From: an uncultured archaeon
Lineage (GTDB): Archaea > Asgardarchaeota > Lokiarchaeia > Sigyniarchaeales > SOKP01
Direction: 5' to 3'
Assembly: GCA_964493715.1 (NCBI GenBank)
Contig: CAZBPC010000017.1
Location: 1 to 48,227 of the forward strand
DNA length: 48,227 nucleotides
Below, in pieces: positions 18,459 through 27,075 of the stretch; position 1 is the stretch's first letter, and each line of letters begins with the position of its first letter. The position numbers and the translations under genes were made by a program. The notes under the pieces are model-generated. The model was not told the origin of the DNA. It was given only the letters and a program-made list of their open reading frames with translations, and made no database searches.

Positions 18459-20669
18459 ATGATTGATTGGATAATTGCTTTTTTTTTCTTTTTAAATAAC
18501 TTGGAAGTCTTGAATTTAGAGCAAATTTTTGCTAAAAGCTTGATTCTACTTATGATCTGCCGGGGTTTCTACATCATCACCTACTTTTTCACTTATTTTA
18601 AAAAATCAAATGGAAGCAAACAAGCATTTTCAAATAAAGAAAAAGGCTTCTTTGTTATTAAACAACTCTTGATTTTCTTATTTGGGATGTTGTTTTTTCC
18701 GATTTCTGTGTTCATCTCTATCTATTCGCTCGTAATCAGTGGATATTTTTTCAAAAAGATCTCAGAAAGTAAAAGAAATAGATGGATCAAAGTTTTGAGT
18801 AAATTAATTATAGTATTAACCCCAATTGTTGGAATTTTATGGTTTACTTTTATAGAAGTAGATTACTATTCTTTAGCTGCTGTAGGTTTTAGTTTACTAG
18901 CTTTCCTAATTTACGGTTTGAGAGTTTCAAAATTGTCGATATCGGAATTAATATCGAAATTTCCCAAAAGACGCATACTAAAACTTCCTAAAATTGCCCA
19001 ATATCTCTTTTTATTAATCCTAATAGCACTACCAACTACATTAATAATAGGTACAGCTATATATACTCCACAAAATAAATTAACTTTCATGGTTCCAATG
19101 AGGGATGATGTTAAATTAGCTACTGATGTTTATTTTGCTCCTGGATCCTTTGGTGCTCCAAGGCCAGTAATACTTATAAGAACGACCTATGGTAAAAATA
19201 GTATGGGGGATCTTTATGGCATGCTATACCTTACTCAAAATTACCATGTTGTAATGCAGGATTGTAGAGGTACTTTTGATTCTCCCGCGGGAAGTGATTT
19301 CATACTTTTTGCTAATGCTTATAAAGATGGTGTGGATACAATTAATTGGATATTGAAACAATCTTGGTGCAATGGTAAAATCGCCTCTGCAGGAGCTTCT
19401 GCACTCGGCATTAATGAATTTTTCTATGCAGGGATGAATCCTGAAGGATTGGTTGCTCAATCTATTATGATTGCTTCTCCTGATTTATATAAAACATCAA
19501 TTTATCAAGGAGGTGTTTTTAGAGAGAGTTTATCAACAGAATGGGCTAGACTTACTGCTCCCAATAATTATCTCTATCAACTTGAGCAATTAACGAAGCA
19601 TCCAATGAAAGATGTTTTTTATAATTCTACTTCGTTGTTTATGGATATTGGTCCTACTTTCGAAAACGTAAGTGTTAGTGCAATTCACATAGGAGGATGG
19701 TATGACTTATTTCAGCAAGGTACCCTTGATGGATACATGGGATATGATGATAACGGGCTTGCATCCGCCCAAGGTAAGCAATTGCTCATAATGGGTCCAT
19801 TTACTCATGGATTCCCAGCAGAGGGACAACAAGGTGAACTATTTTTCCCCACAAAATCCATTAGTGCGTCTAACTTATATCTTGATTGGGAACGAAAACT
19901 ATTTGATCATGCCTTATTAGGGACTCAATTTGATTGGACAGGTAATAGGGTAGCATATTATATGATGGGAGATTTAGATGATCCATCTTCAGATGTTAAT
20001 GATTATCGGTTAGCTAAAGATTGGCCTCTTCCTTATGAAAACGATACATGGTATTTCGATATTGGAGAAGGATTATTAAATAATACCTTACCTCTAACAA
20101 ACGCAAATTATTCATACCTGTATGATCCTCGAAATCCCGTACCAACTCTTGGAGGGACAAATTTACTCATACCATCTGGACCATATGATCAAAGATCAAT
20201 TGAAAATAGAACTGATGTTTTAATATTTGAAAGTCCTATTTTGATATCTCCTTATGAAACAATTGGTCACATGTGGGCTCATCTCTATGTAAAATCAAAC
20301 TGCACAAATACCGATTTTACTATAAAAATCAGTGATGTGTATCCAGATGGAAGGTCAATCTTAATTAGTGATAGCATAATAAATGCTGCAAGAAGAGAGG
20401 GTTTTAATTCTACGGCACCAGATTTAAAAGATGTCGAATTTGCAGAAGTGGATATTGATCTGTGGTCAACTGCATATAAATTTAACACCGGACATAGAAT
20501 TAGAATTGCTATTTCGAGTTCAAACTACCCACGTTTTGCTGCGAATCCAAACACTGGAGCACCACAAGAAATTTATTCTTATCAATATCTCCAAAAATAT
20601 ATAGCAAATAATTCTATTTTAATAGGACCTGCTTATCCTTCCCACGTCATTCTCCCAAGACAGATCTAA
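18459..20669 (+). CDS. CocE/NonD family hydrolase with N-terminal multi-TM domain (paralog 1)
   Basis: MVPMRDDVKLATDVY, RTTYGK, QSWCNGKI, GASAL nucleophile, GGWYD, GPFTHG and ISSSNYPRF. About 200 aa hydrophobic N-terminus. Confidence 0.9.
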   Translation: MIDWIIAFFFFLNNLEVLNLEQIFAKSLILLMICRGFYIITYFFTYFKKSNGSKQAFSNKEKGFFVIKQLLIFLFGMLFFPISVFISIYSLVISGYFFKKISESKRNRWIKVLSKLIIVLTPIVGILWFTFIEVDYYSLAAVGFSLLAFLIYGLRVSKLSISELISKFPKRRILKLPKIAQYLFLLILIALPTTLIIGTAIYTPQNKLTFMVPMRDDVKLATDVYFAPGSFGAPRPVILIRTTYGKNSMGDLYGMLYLTQNYHVVMQDCRGTFDSPAGSDFILFANAYKDGVDTINWILKQSWCNGKIASAGASALGINEFFYAGMNPEGLVAQSIMIASPDLYKTSIYQGGVFRESLSTEWARLTAPNNYLYQLEQLTKHPMKDVFYNSTSLFMDIGPTFENVSVSAIHIGGWYDLFQQGTLDGYMGYDDNGLASAQGKQLLIMGPFTHGFPAEGQQGELFFPTKSISASNLYLDWERKLFDHALLGTQFDWTGNRVAYYMMGDLDDPSSDVNDYRLAKDWPLPYENDTWYFDIGEGLLNNTLPLTNANYSYLYDPRNPVPTLGGTNLLIPSGPYDQRSIENRTDVLIFESPILISPYETIGHMWAHLYVKSNCTNTDFTIKISDVYPDGRSILISDSIINAARREGFNSTAPDLKDVEFAEVDIDLWSTAYKFNTGHRIRIAISSSNYPRFAANPNTGAPQEIYSYQYLQKYIANNSILIGPAYPSHVILPRQI

Positions 20670-20759
20670 AGATCCCAAACTCAAATTTATCTTATTTTTT
20701 TAGTTTTTTAATTTTACGGGCATAAATCTTTATAAGCGTGTTTAAAGCAATTATAAATT

Positions 20760-23003
20760 ATGATAAATTGGATTATTGCTATCTTTTATTTTTTAAAAGA
20801 GCTTGGCTTTTTAAGAATTGAAGACATGATTACGAAGAACCTCCCAATATTGTTAATTTCCAGAGTTTTCTATTCAATTACCTATTTTCTATATTATCAC
20901 AAGAGTTTTATTAATAAAACAGATGAAAGAAAACCTCTGTTTACTCAAAAAGAAACTACTTATTTTATTTTAAAGCAAGTAATCTTAATACTCTTCGGAA
21001 CAATCTATTTGGCTTTTGCTGTATTTATTAGCTTTTATTCCTTAATGATGGGAGGAAAATACCTTGTTAATTTTGCTGAACAAAGGAAAAATAGAATTTT
21101 GAGGATGATAGGAAACTTTATAACCTTTTTGGCTCCGCTTATAGGTATTTTATGGTACTCTCTTATCGAAGTAGATTTATATTCCATAACAGCTATTGGA
21201 GTGAGTGTATTTAGTTTCCTCCATTATGGATTAAGAATATCCTCTTTGTCTTTGGCCAAAATCTTAGAAAAATATAGTAAAAGGCGACTCGAAAAAATTC
21301 CTAAAGTCATTAAATATATTCTATTAATTTTCTTAATTGCTTTCCCTGTTACAATAATAATTGGTACAGGTGCATATAAACCGCAAGATAAAAAAACATA
21401 TATGGTTCCCATGAGAGATGCTGTTAAATTAGCTACAGATGTTTATTTTGCACCTGGATCTTTTGGTGCTCCAAAACCTGTCATATTAATACGAACTCCT
21501 TATGGTAAATCTGGATGGGCTGATGATCTCTATTTACCAATATACACCATACAAGATTATCACATAGTTATCCAGGATTTGAGAGGTACTCATGATTCTG
21601 AAGGTGATAACAAATTTTTATTATTTACTCAGTCTTATTTAGATGGGGTAGATACGATAGATTGGATGCTTACACAATCCTGGTGTAATGGAAAAATAGC
21701 TAGTGTTGGCGTCTCAGCATTATGTATTAATGAATATTATTATGCAGGAATGGGTCCTAATGGATTAAAGGCTCAACAACTTTGGTTTGGAACACCTGAA
21801 TTATTTGACCACGCGATATTTCAAGGTTCTTATCACAAATCATCTGTTGAGACATGGATAAAAGATGTGGCTCCTTCGAATTGGAGGTATCAAATTGATA
21901 CTCTATTTAAGTATATCCCTAAGAATGAAATATTGTATAATTCTACTTCTTTATCAATACCTCTAGGTCCTCACTATTCTAACGTATCGGTATATGGAAT
22001 CCACGTAGGAGGGTGGTACGATCACTTTTTACAAGGCACTCTCGATGGATACATTGGATATGACGATATTGGGGAAACTCAAGCAAGAGGACACCAAAAA
22101 TTAATAATGGGACCTTGGACGCATGGCTCGATATATGGGGGTCAACAAGGAGAATTGATATATCCTGAAAATTCCAATGGTTTTAATATGATATTAGAAT
22201 GGGATACAGAAGTACTAGATGATGCTCTTTTAGGAATCCCAGCGGATTGGGATGGTGCAAGAGTTGCATATTACTTAATGGGAGATGTTGACACTTTTTC
22301 AAGTAAGTATAATTATTGGAGATATGCTTATGATTGGCCACTTGATCACGTAGATGATATTTGGCATCTTACTGATGGAGGTGGACTCAGCAACATATCG
22401 GTTGGAATAAATAATAATTATTCGTTCCTTTATGATCCTAGATTTCCCGTACAAAATTTAGGAGGCCAAAATCAACCTTTTGATCTAAACGGTCCAATGG
22501 ATCAACGATCGATGGAAAATCGTTCCGATGTGTTACTTTTTGAAACCCCTACATTAATAGATCCAGTTGAAACTGTAGGTAGAATTTATGGACATCTGTT
22601 TATAAGCTCAAATTGCACGGATACTGATTTCACGGTCAAAATTACAGACGTGTATCCTGATGGACGTTCAATGTTAGTCACAGATGGGTCTTTAACTGTA
22701 AGATTTCGTGAAAATTACACCTCTGAATTATTTATGTCAGGAGATCAAAAGGATGTATATGAAATATGGGTAGATTGTTGGTCTACAGCGTATTATTTTG
22801 CACCAGGGCATAAAATACGAGTAGCTATATCGAGTTCAAATTACCCTCGATTTGCTGCTAATCCAAATAATGGCGCTCCATTAGCTTATGACTATCTTAC
22901 TCAAAATATTGCCAATAATACATTACTGGTCGGACCAGGATATGAATCCGCAATCATTTTACCAAGATTAGTTAATATGAGTGATACTCACATATCCTTT
23001 TAA
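20760..23003 (+). CDS. CocE/NonD family hydrolase with N-terminal multi-TM domain (paralog 2)
   Basis: Same motifs as paralog 1: RTPYGK, GVSAL, GGWYD, GPWTHG, ISSSNYPRF. Confidence 0.9.
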   Translation: MINWIIAIFYFLKELGFLRIEDMITKNLPILLISRVFYSITYFLYYHKSFINKTDERKPLFTQKETTYFILKQVILILFGTIYLAFAVFISFYSLMMGGKYLVNFAEQRKNRILRMIGNFITFLAPLIGILWYSLIEVDLYSITAIGVSVFSFLHYGLRISSLSLAKILEKYSKRRLEKIPKVIKYILLIFLIAFPVTIIIGTGAYKPQDKKTYMVPMRDAVKLATDVYFAPGSFGAPKPVILIRTPYGKSGWADDLYLPIYTIQDYHIVIQDLRGTHDSEGDNKFLLFTQSYLDGVDTIDWMLTQSWCNGKIASVGVSALCINEYYYAGMGPNGLKAQQLWFGTPELFDHAIFQGSYHKSSVETWIKDVAPSNWRYQIDTLFKYIPKNEILYNSTSLSIPLGPHYSNVSVYGIHVGGWYDHFLQGTLDGYIGYDDIGETQARGHQKLIMGPWTHGSIYGGQQGELIYPENSNGFNMILEWDTEVLDDALLGIPADWDGARVAYYLMGDVDTFSSKYNYWRYAYDWPLDHVDDIWHLTDGGGLSNISVGINNNYSFLYDPRFPVQNLGGQNQPFDLNGPMDQRSMENRSDVLLFETPTLIDPVETVGRIYGHLFISSNCTDTDFTVKITDVYPDGRSMLVTDGSLTVRFRENYTSELFMSGDQKDVYEIWVDCWSTAYYFAPGHKIRVAISSSNYPRFAANPNNGAPLAYDYLTQNIANNTLLVGPGYESAIILPRLVNMSDTHISF

Positions 23004-23046
23004 TTTTTTTTATATTTATGATAATGAAAAAATAAGGGAAAAAAGA

Positions 23047-23283
23047 TTATTCTAACATTTTAAGAAATTGTTGTTCATCCAAAAAAATAACTCCTAAATC
23101 TTTAGCTTTGTTGAAACGGGCATTGTTAGAGTTGGTTTTATTAGTAACATAATACCAAAGATCATTCGTTATATCTTCTCGGATTATACCACCGTTTTCC
23201 AAGACTTTGGATTTAGCAGTTTCGAGGTTAATAGTATCTAAATCATCAGAAATACAGAACTTAATCAATGATAAATCGGCCAT
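23047..23283 (-). CDS. Stand-alone BRCT domain protein
   Basis: VLENGG..YYVTN..RFNKAKDLGVIFLDEQQFLKML resembles ligase/RFC-type BRCT domains. Confidence 0.75.
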   Translation of the reverse strand: MADLSLIKFCISDDLDTINLETAKSKVLENGGIIREDITNDLWYYVTNKTNSNNARFNKAKDLGVIFLDEQQFLKMLE

Positions 23284-23407
23284 AATTGATCACACATCTC
23301 TCTTTATTGTTTAAAAGATACATGATAGTATTTGTTTGAACTTTTAATAATCAAAAGGCTATAAAAAATTTGTAATTTTCTCATGAGAGAGAAAATGAAG
23401 ATAAGCT

Positions 23408-23863
23408 TTATTTACTCAAATATACAACAACTAATCCTTCAATATTCTTAGTTGCTCTGATCTTAATCTTACGTGGAGGTTTCTGTATACCTCTTGCCCA
23501 TATTGCTTCATTGACTTCTTGAGAAATTACCAACGATTCTGGTTTAAAATGTTGTTCCATAAATTCTTTCAAGAAACGTACCGCTTTATTTGCTCGTTTA
23601 TTACGAGGCCCTTTTCGAGCTTTCGCCAAAGGTATCGTATAAATTCGTTCATCGATTATTTCTTCCTTGATTTCTTCTTCTTCTTCTTCTTCGAGTTCTT
23701 CTTCAAAGACTTGACTAATTCCTTCTTCAGGAGTAACCTCTTCTATGCTAAATTCATCGATTTCTTCAATATTTTCATCCATTAGAGATGAATCTTTTTC
23801 AGTTTCGGACAATTCTTCTTCTAAATCATCCAAACTAATATCTTTCGCTTTTTTTTTTGCCAT
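23408..23863 (-). CDS. rpl31e: 50S ribosomal protein L31e with acidic N-terminal extension
   Basis: ERIYTIPL, KRANKAV and NEAIWARGIQKPPRKIKI. Confidence 0.95.
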   Translation of the reverse strand: MAKKKAKDISLDDLEEELSETEKDSSLMDENIEEIDEFSIEEVTPEEGISQVFEEELEEEEEEEIKEEIIDERIYTIPLAKARKGPRNKRANKAVRFLKEFMEQHFKPESLVISQEVNEAIWARGIQKPPRKIKIRATKNIEGLVVVYLSK

Positions 23864-23938
23864 TCTTATTTCTCACTTTTTTCTAAGTATCTTATTTTTC
23901 TTGTAATACCATAATTATGTTATTGAGAGTTTATTTTC

Positions 23939-24100
23939 TTAATCTCTCTTAAGTCGTGCATTTCTCCAATTCCTTTTTGAGTATGGGCTTGTTCTAATAC
24001 GATTCCCAGTTTTTCTGGTAATCCATGTTGGTATTGATTCGCTTTGTTTCATCTTTTTTCCTCTTCTTAATTTTGAAGGTAGATCTTTATTTCGTGCCAT
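23939..24100 (-). CDS. rpl39e: 50S ribosomal protein L39e (not in the ORF track)
   Basis: Manual translation: MARNKDLPSKLRRGKKMKQSESIPTWITRKTGNRIRTSPYSKRNWRNARLKRD (53 aa). Expected operon position. Confidence 0.95.
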   Translation of the reverse strand: MARNKDLPSKLRRGKKMKQSESIPTWITRKTGNRIRTSPYSKRNWRNARLKRD

Positions 24101-24117
24101 CTTTATTATCATCTAGT

Positions 24118-24474
24118 TTATTTTTTAATTTTATATTCTTTTTTGTTTTCCATTGAGCTGAGCTGTTCTAAAATTTTTTTAAATTCATTATCTGGTAATG
24201 GTGTAGCTCCTCTTAAACGTCCAGATTGATACAATTGGATTAATTGAAGTTCTACTTGCTCAGCATATTGAGGTCTCACCAAGCGAATATTTTCTAATCT
24301 TTGTCTCCCTTCTGGGCTCAAAATTTTGCGCATTACCAAAAATTTCTTACTTTCGTAATCTTTCTGTTGATTTTCAGCATACTGTTGCTGCATTGCTTGC
24401 ATTTGTAGTTCCTCCAATTTTCTTCTTCTTATTTCGTCTAATTCGTTTTCTTCACTCACAGAAAAACTCCTCAT
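24118..24474 (-). CDS. PDCD5/TFAR19-like DNA-binding protein
   Basis: ELDEIRRRKLEEL and ILSPEGRQRLENIRLVRPQYAEQVELQLIQL. Confidence 0.92.
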   Translation of the reverse strand: MRSFSVSEENELDEIRRRKLEELQMQAMQQQYAENQQKDYESKKFLVMRKILSPEGRQRLENIRLVRPQYAEQVELQLIQLYQSGRLRGATPLPDNEFKKILEQLSSMENKKEYKIKK

Positions 24475-24493
24475 GCTTTAATTTAGTAAGTAA

Positions 24494-24916
24494 TTAATCT
24501 TTTCTCAAACTTTCATGTGCTATCCTTTCTAAAAGGCTAGTTCCTTCTGAGGAAACAATTCTCCCCTTTTTTTCGTATTTATCAAGTAAATTTGCATTCT
24601 CTAATTGTTGTATAGCTACTCGAATTATTTTACCACTTCCTTTAGCACTATGATTTAATCCTGAACCTTTCCGGCTTTTGCCACCATAAGCCTTTCTCAA
24701 GTGATTTACACCAATAGGTCCGAATTTCTTCACTTTCCTTAAAATTGAGGCGCATCGAACATACCAGAAATTTTCTGAATCAATTGGCGCCAGTTCCTTG
24801 AAGAAAGCGGTTTTCCAAAATTCGGAACCTTCGGGAGGCTTGATTTCGGGATACTCTTTTAATTTTTCAGCTAACATTTTGATGAGTTTATCGGGTTCTA
24901 CGACATAAATGGACAT
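24494..24916 (-). CDS. rps19e: 30S ribosomal protein S19e
   Basis: WYVRCASILRK, GPIGVNHLRKAYGG and GSGKIIRVAIQQLE. Confidence 0.96.
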   Translation of the reverse strand: MSIYVVEPDKLIKMLAEKLKEYPEIKPPEGSEFWKTAFFKELAPIDSENFWYVRCASILRKVKKFGPIGVNHLRKAYGGKSRKGSGLNHSAKGSGKIIRVAIQQLENANLLDKYEKKGRIVSSEGTSLLERIAHESLRKD

Positions 24917-25012
24917 GTTAATCTTTATTTTATAAGTTAAATTATTAATACAATAGATTTTAAAAGATGATTTAAATTAAAAATTTTATGGAAATTTTAC
25001 TTTTTTGGGACT

Positions 25013-25273
25013 ATGGATTATCAAGACAAATTTAAGCAAGTTTTATTAGCATCACCGCATTGCAATTTAGGTAAAAAAGGTATAACTGATGAGTTCATTG
25101 AGCACGTGTTAAAATTATTAAAACGATACAAAATAATTAAAGTTAAAGCCTTAAAAACTGTAGCAAGTAAATCTAATATTCGGGAGATGGCAAAAGAAAT
25201 CTCAGAATTGACTAATTCTCGGGTTTTAGATGTTCGTGGAAAAATGATAATACTTGGGAAATATAAAATTTGA
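25013..25273 (+). CDS. YhbY/CRM-domain RNA-binding protein
   Basis: LGKKGITDEFI, YKIIKVK and VLDVRGKMIIL. Confidence 0.88.
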   Translation: MDYQDKFKQVLLASPHCNLGKKGITDEFIEHVLKLLKRYKIIKVKALKTVASKSNIREMAKEISELTNSRVLDVRGKMIILGKYKI

Positions 25274-25308
25274 ATTAAAATAGAAGTGCGTTATAATAGT
25301 TCATTAAC

Positions 25309-25638
25309 ATGCCTAGAGCCAAAAAAAATATTAAAGAGCTAATCAAACTTATAGCACGAACAAGAATGCTTTATTTGTATGAATTAGCTCATGAAATTTT
25401 CCCAAATGACAAGCAGTTAGCCAATAGATATGCATATTTAGCTAGAAAATATTCTCATAGAGCTAGAATAAAGATTCCTAATGAGTGGAAAAAAAGAACT
25501 TGTCATCATTGTAAGAAATTTCTTTATCCCGGATTAAATTGCCGAACAAGACTTCATTCAAAAGGTAAGGGTTCCCATGTATCTATGACTTGTTTAGAAT
25601 GCAATCAGGTCACTAGATATTACATAAAAAATAAATGA
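25309..25638 (+). CDS. rnp4: RNase P protein component 4 (Rpp21)
   Basis: IARTRMLYL, LANRY, KRTCHHC..LYPG and TCLECN. Confidence 0.92.
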   Translation: MPRAKKNIKELIKLIARTRMLYLYELAHEIFPNDKQLANRYAYLARKYSHRARIKIPNEWKKRTCHHCKKFLYPGLNCRTRLHSKGKGSHVSMTCLECNQVTRYYIKNK

Positions 25639-25659
25639 TAGCAACAAGGATGATGATAT

Positions 25660-26334
25660 ATGACCCTAATTATAATTTTGGTGGAATCTGGCTTAGAAAT
25701 CATTCCAAAACAGATCAGAACTCATCCAGCGGTAAAAAAAAACCTCATCAAGAGAAATTTTTCTTCACAATTGTTGGATTCAGCTTTGCATCACGCAGCC
25801 ATGCCAAAATTGACTAATACTGAAAAAAGAGGTAGACCCGATATTGCACATAGCTGTATATTAAATGCATTAGGTTCACCTGCCAACAAGAGTGGTCATT
25901 TAAGATTTTTTCTTCATACAATACAAGATAGAACCTTCGAAATTAATCCCGAAATTAAAATCTCACGAAATTACAATAGGTTTAAAGGATTAATTACGAA
26001 ACTTCTAATTGAAGGCGATATTGTGGCTAACGATAGTCCATTAATTACTGAAATGCATCAAACTTTGCCAGAATTGATTAATTCCTTTAGAAATGCAGAA
26101 GTTTTTTTATTTTCCAGTAGAGGAAAGACAATATTAAATAAATCTAACTTATTTAGAAATCCAAAATCTCAAAATTACGTGGCTATAGTGGGAGGATTTC
26201 AAAAAGGGAGTTTTTCTGAAAAAATTTTTAATTTGACAGAAAATGTTATATCCATTTCTCAATATTCGCTAGATGCATGGATTGTTATCAGTAGGATCAT
26301 AACATATTATGAAATTATAAAGGAAATCTCTTAG
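25660..26334 (+). CDS. nep1: Nep1/Emg1 rRNA pseudouridine N1-methyltransferase
   Basis: LVESGLE, LLDSALHH, RGRPDIAH, RNYNRFKGL and VGGFQKG (SPOUT fold). Confidence 0.92.
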   Translation: MTLIIILVESGLEIIPKQIRTHPAVKKNLIKRNFSSQLLDSALHHAAMPKLTNTEKRGRPDIAHSCILNALGSPANKSGHLRFFLHTIQDRTFEINPEIKISRNYNRFKGLITKLLIEGDIVANDSPLITEMHQTLPELINSFRNAEVFLFSSRGKTILNKSNLFRNPKSQNYVAIVGGFQKGSFSEKIFNLTENVISISQYSLDAWIVISRIITYYEIIKEIS

Positions 26335-26451
26335 CATTCTATATATATCTAATAACACAAATTGACTTTTTTTACGATAACATCATGTTCCAACAATTAA
26401 TATAAGAAACTTTTTTTTTAATCATAAATATATATCAATTATCTATTTTTC

Positions 26452-26522
26452 GCGTTCTTAGTATAGTGGTAGAATCGTGGCCTTCCAAGCCATGGACGCG
26501 GGTTCAATTCCCGCAGGACGCA
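26452..26522 (+). tRNA. tRNA-Gly(TCC)
   Basis: Acceptor GCGTTCT/AGGACGC. Anticodon arm GTGGC-CTTCCAA-GCCAT. T-arm GCGGG-TTCAATT-CCCGC. Confidence 0.95.
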
Positions 26523-26639
26523 TTTTATCATTTGAACTAATTCTATTAGTAACAATCAGTTTTAGGGGCAAGCAGGACAAAGTTTACATGTAGTTTCATT
26601 ACTAAATCTTTAAATAGAAATCTGTCATTTTTTATTACG

Positions 26640-27047
26640 GTGACTGAAATGTCAAAACCGACAAAAGAAGATGCTTCTTTAATGCTCCAAATATTGAATA
26701 TGATGAAAGGAGATGAAGTATATCAAAAAGCTGAGATGTGGAGTTTTATAGAATTTAATGTAAAAGACTATGAAGATTTCAAAGCGAAATATCCAATGGG
26801 AAGTGAAGGATATAAATATTTAATGAATCTTCTTAGTTATGGCGAACTTATAGGAATTCTTATTAACAAAGAACTTCTCAGTGAGGATCTTGTTTTTGAT
26901 CTATATGGTAATATGCTATGGGATAAAGTAAAAGAGATCGTTCCAGGTTTAAGAAAAGATATGGGAAGCCCCCGTTTATATGAAAATTACGAACTTGGTG
27001 CAAGGAAATATCCCAAGTGGGCAGAAACTCATCCACCTAAACTATAA
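26640..27047 (+). CDS. Hypothetical protein (possibly DUF4760-like)
   Basis: YGELIGILINKELLSEDLVFD..W...R...PRLYENYE pattern. Confidence 0.55.
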   Translation: MTEMSKPTKEDASLMLQILNMMKGDEVYQKAEMWSFIEFNVKDYEDFKAKYPMGSEGYKYLMNLLSYGELIGILINKELLSEDLVFDLYGNMLWDKVKEIVPGLRKDMGSPRLYENYELGARKYPKWAETHPPKL

Positions 27048-27075
27048 AAATAAATTTTTTTTTTTATGTTCTTTC

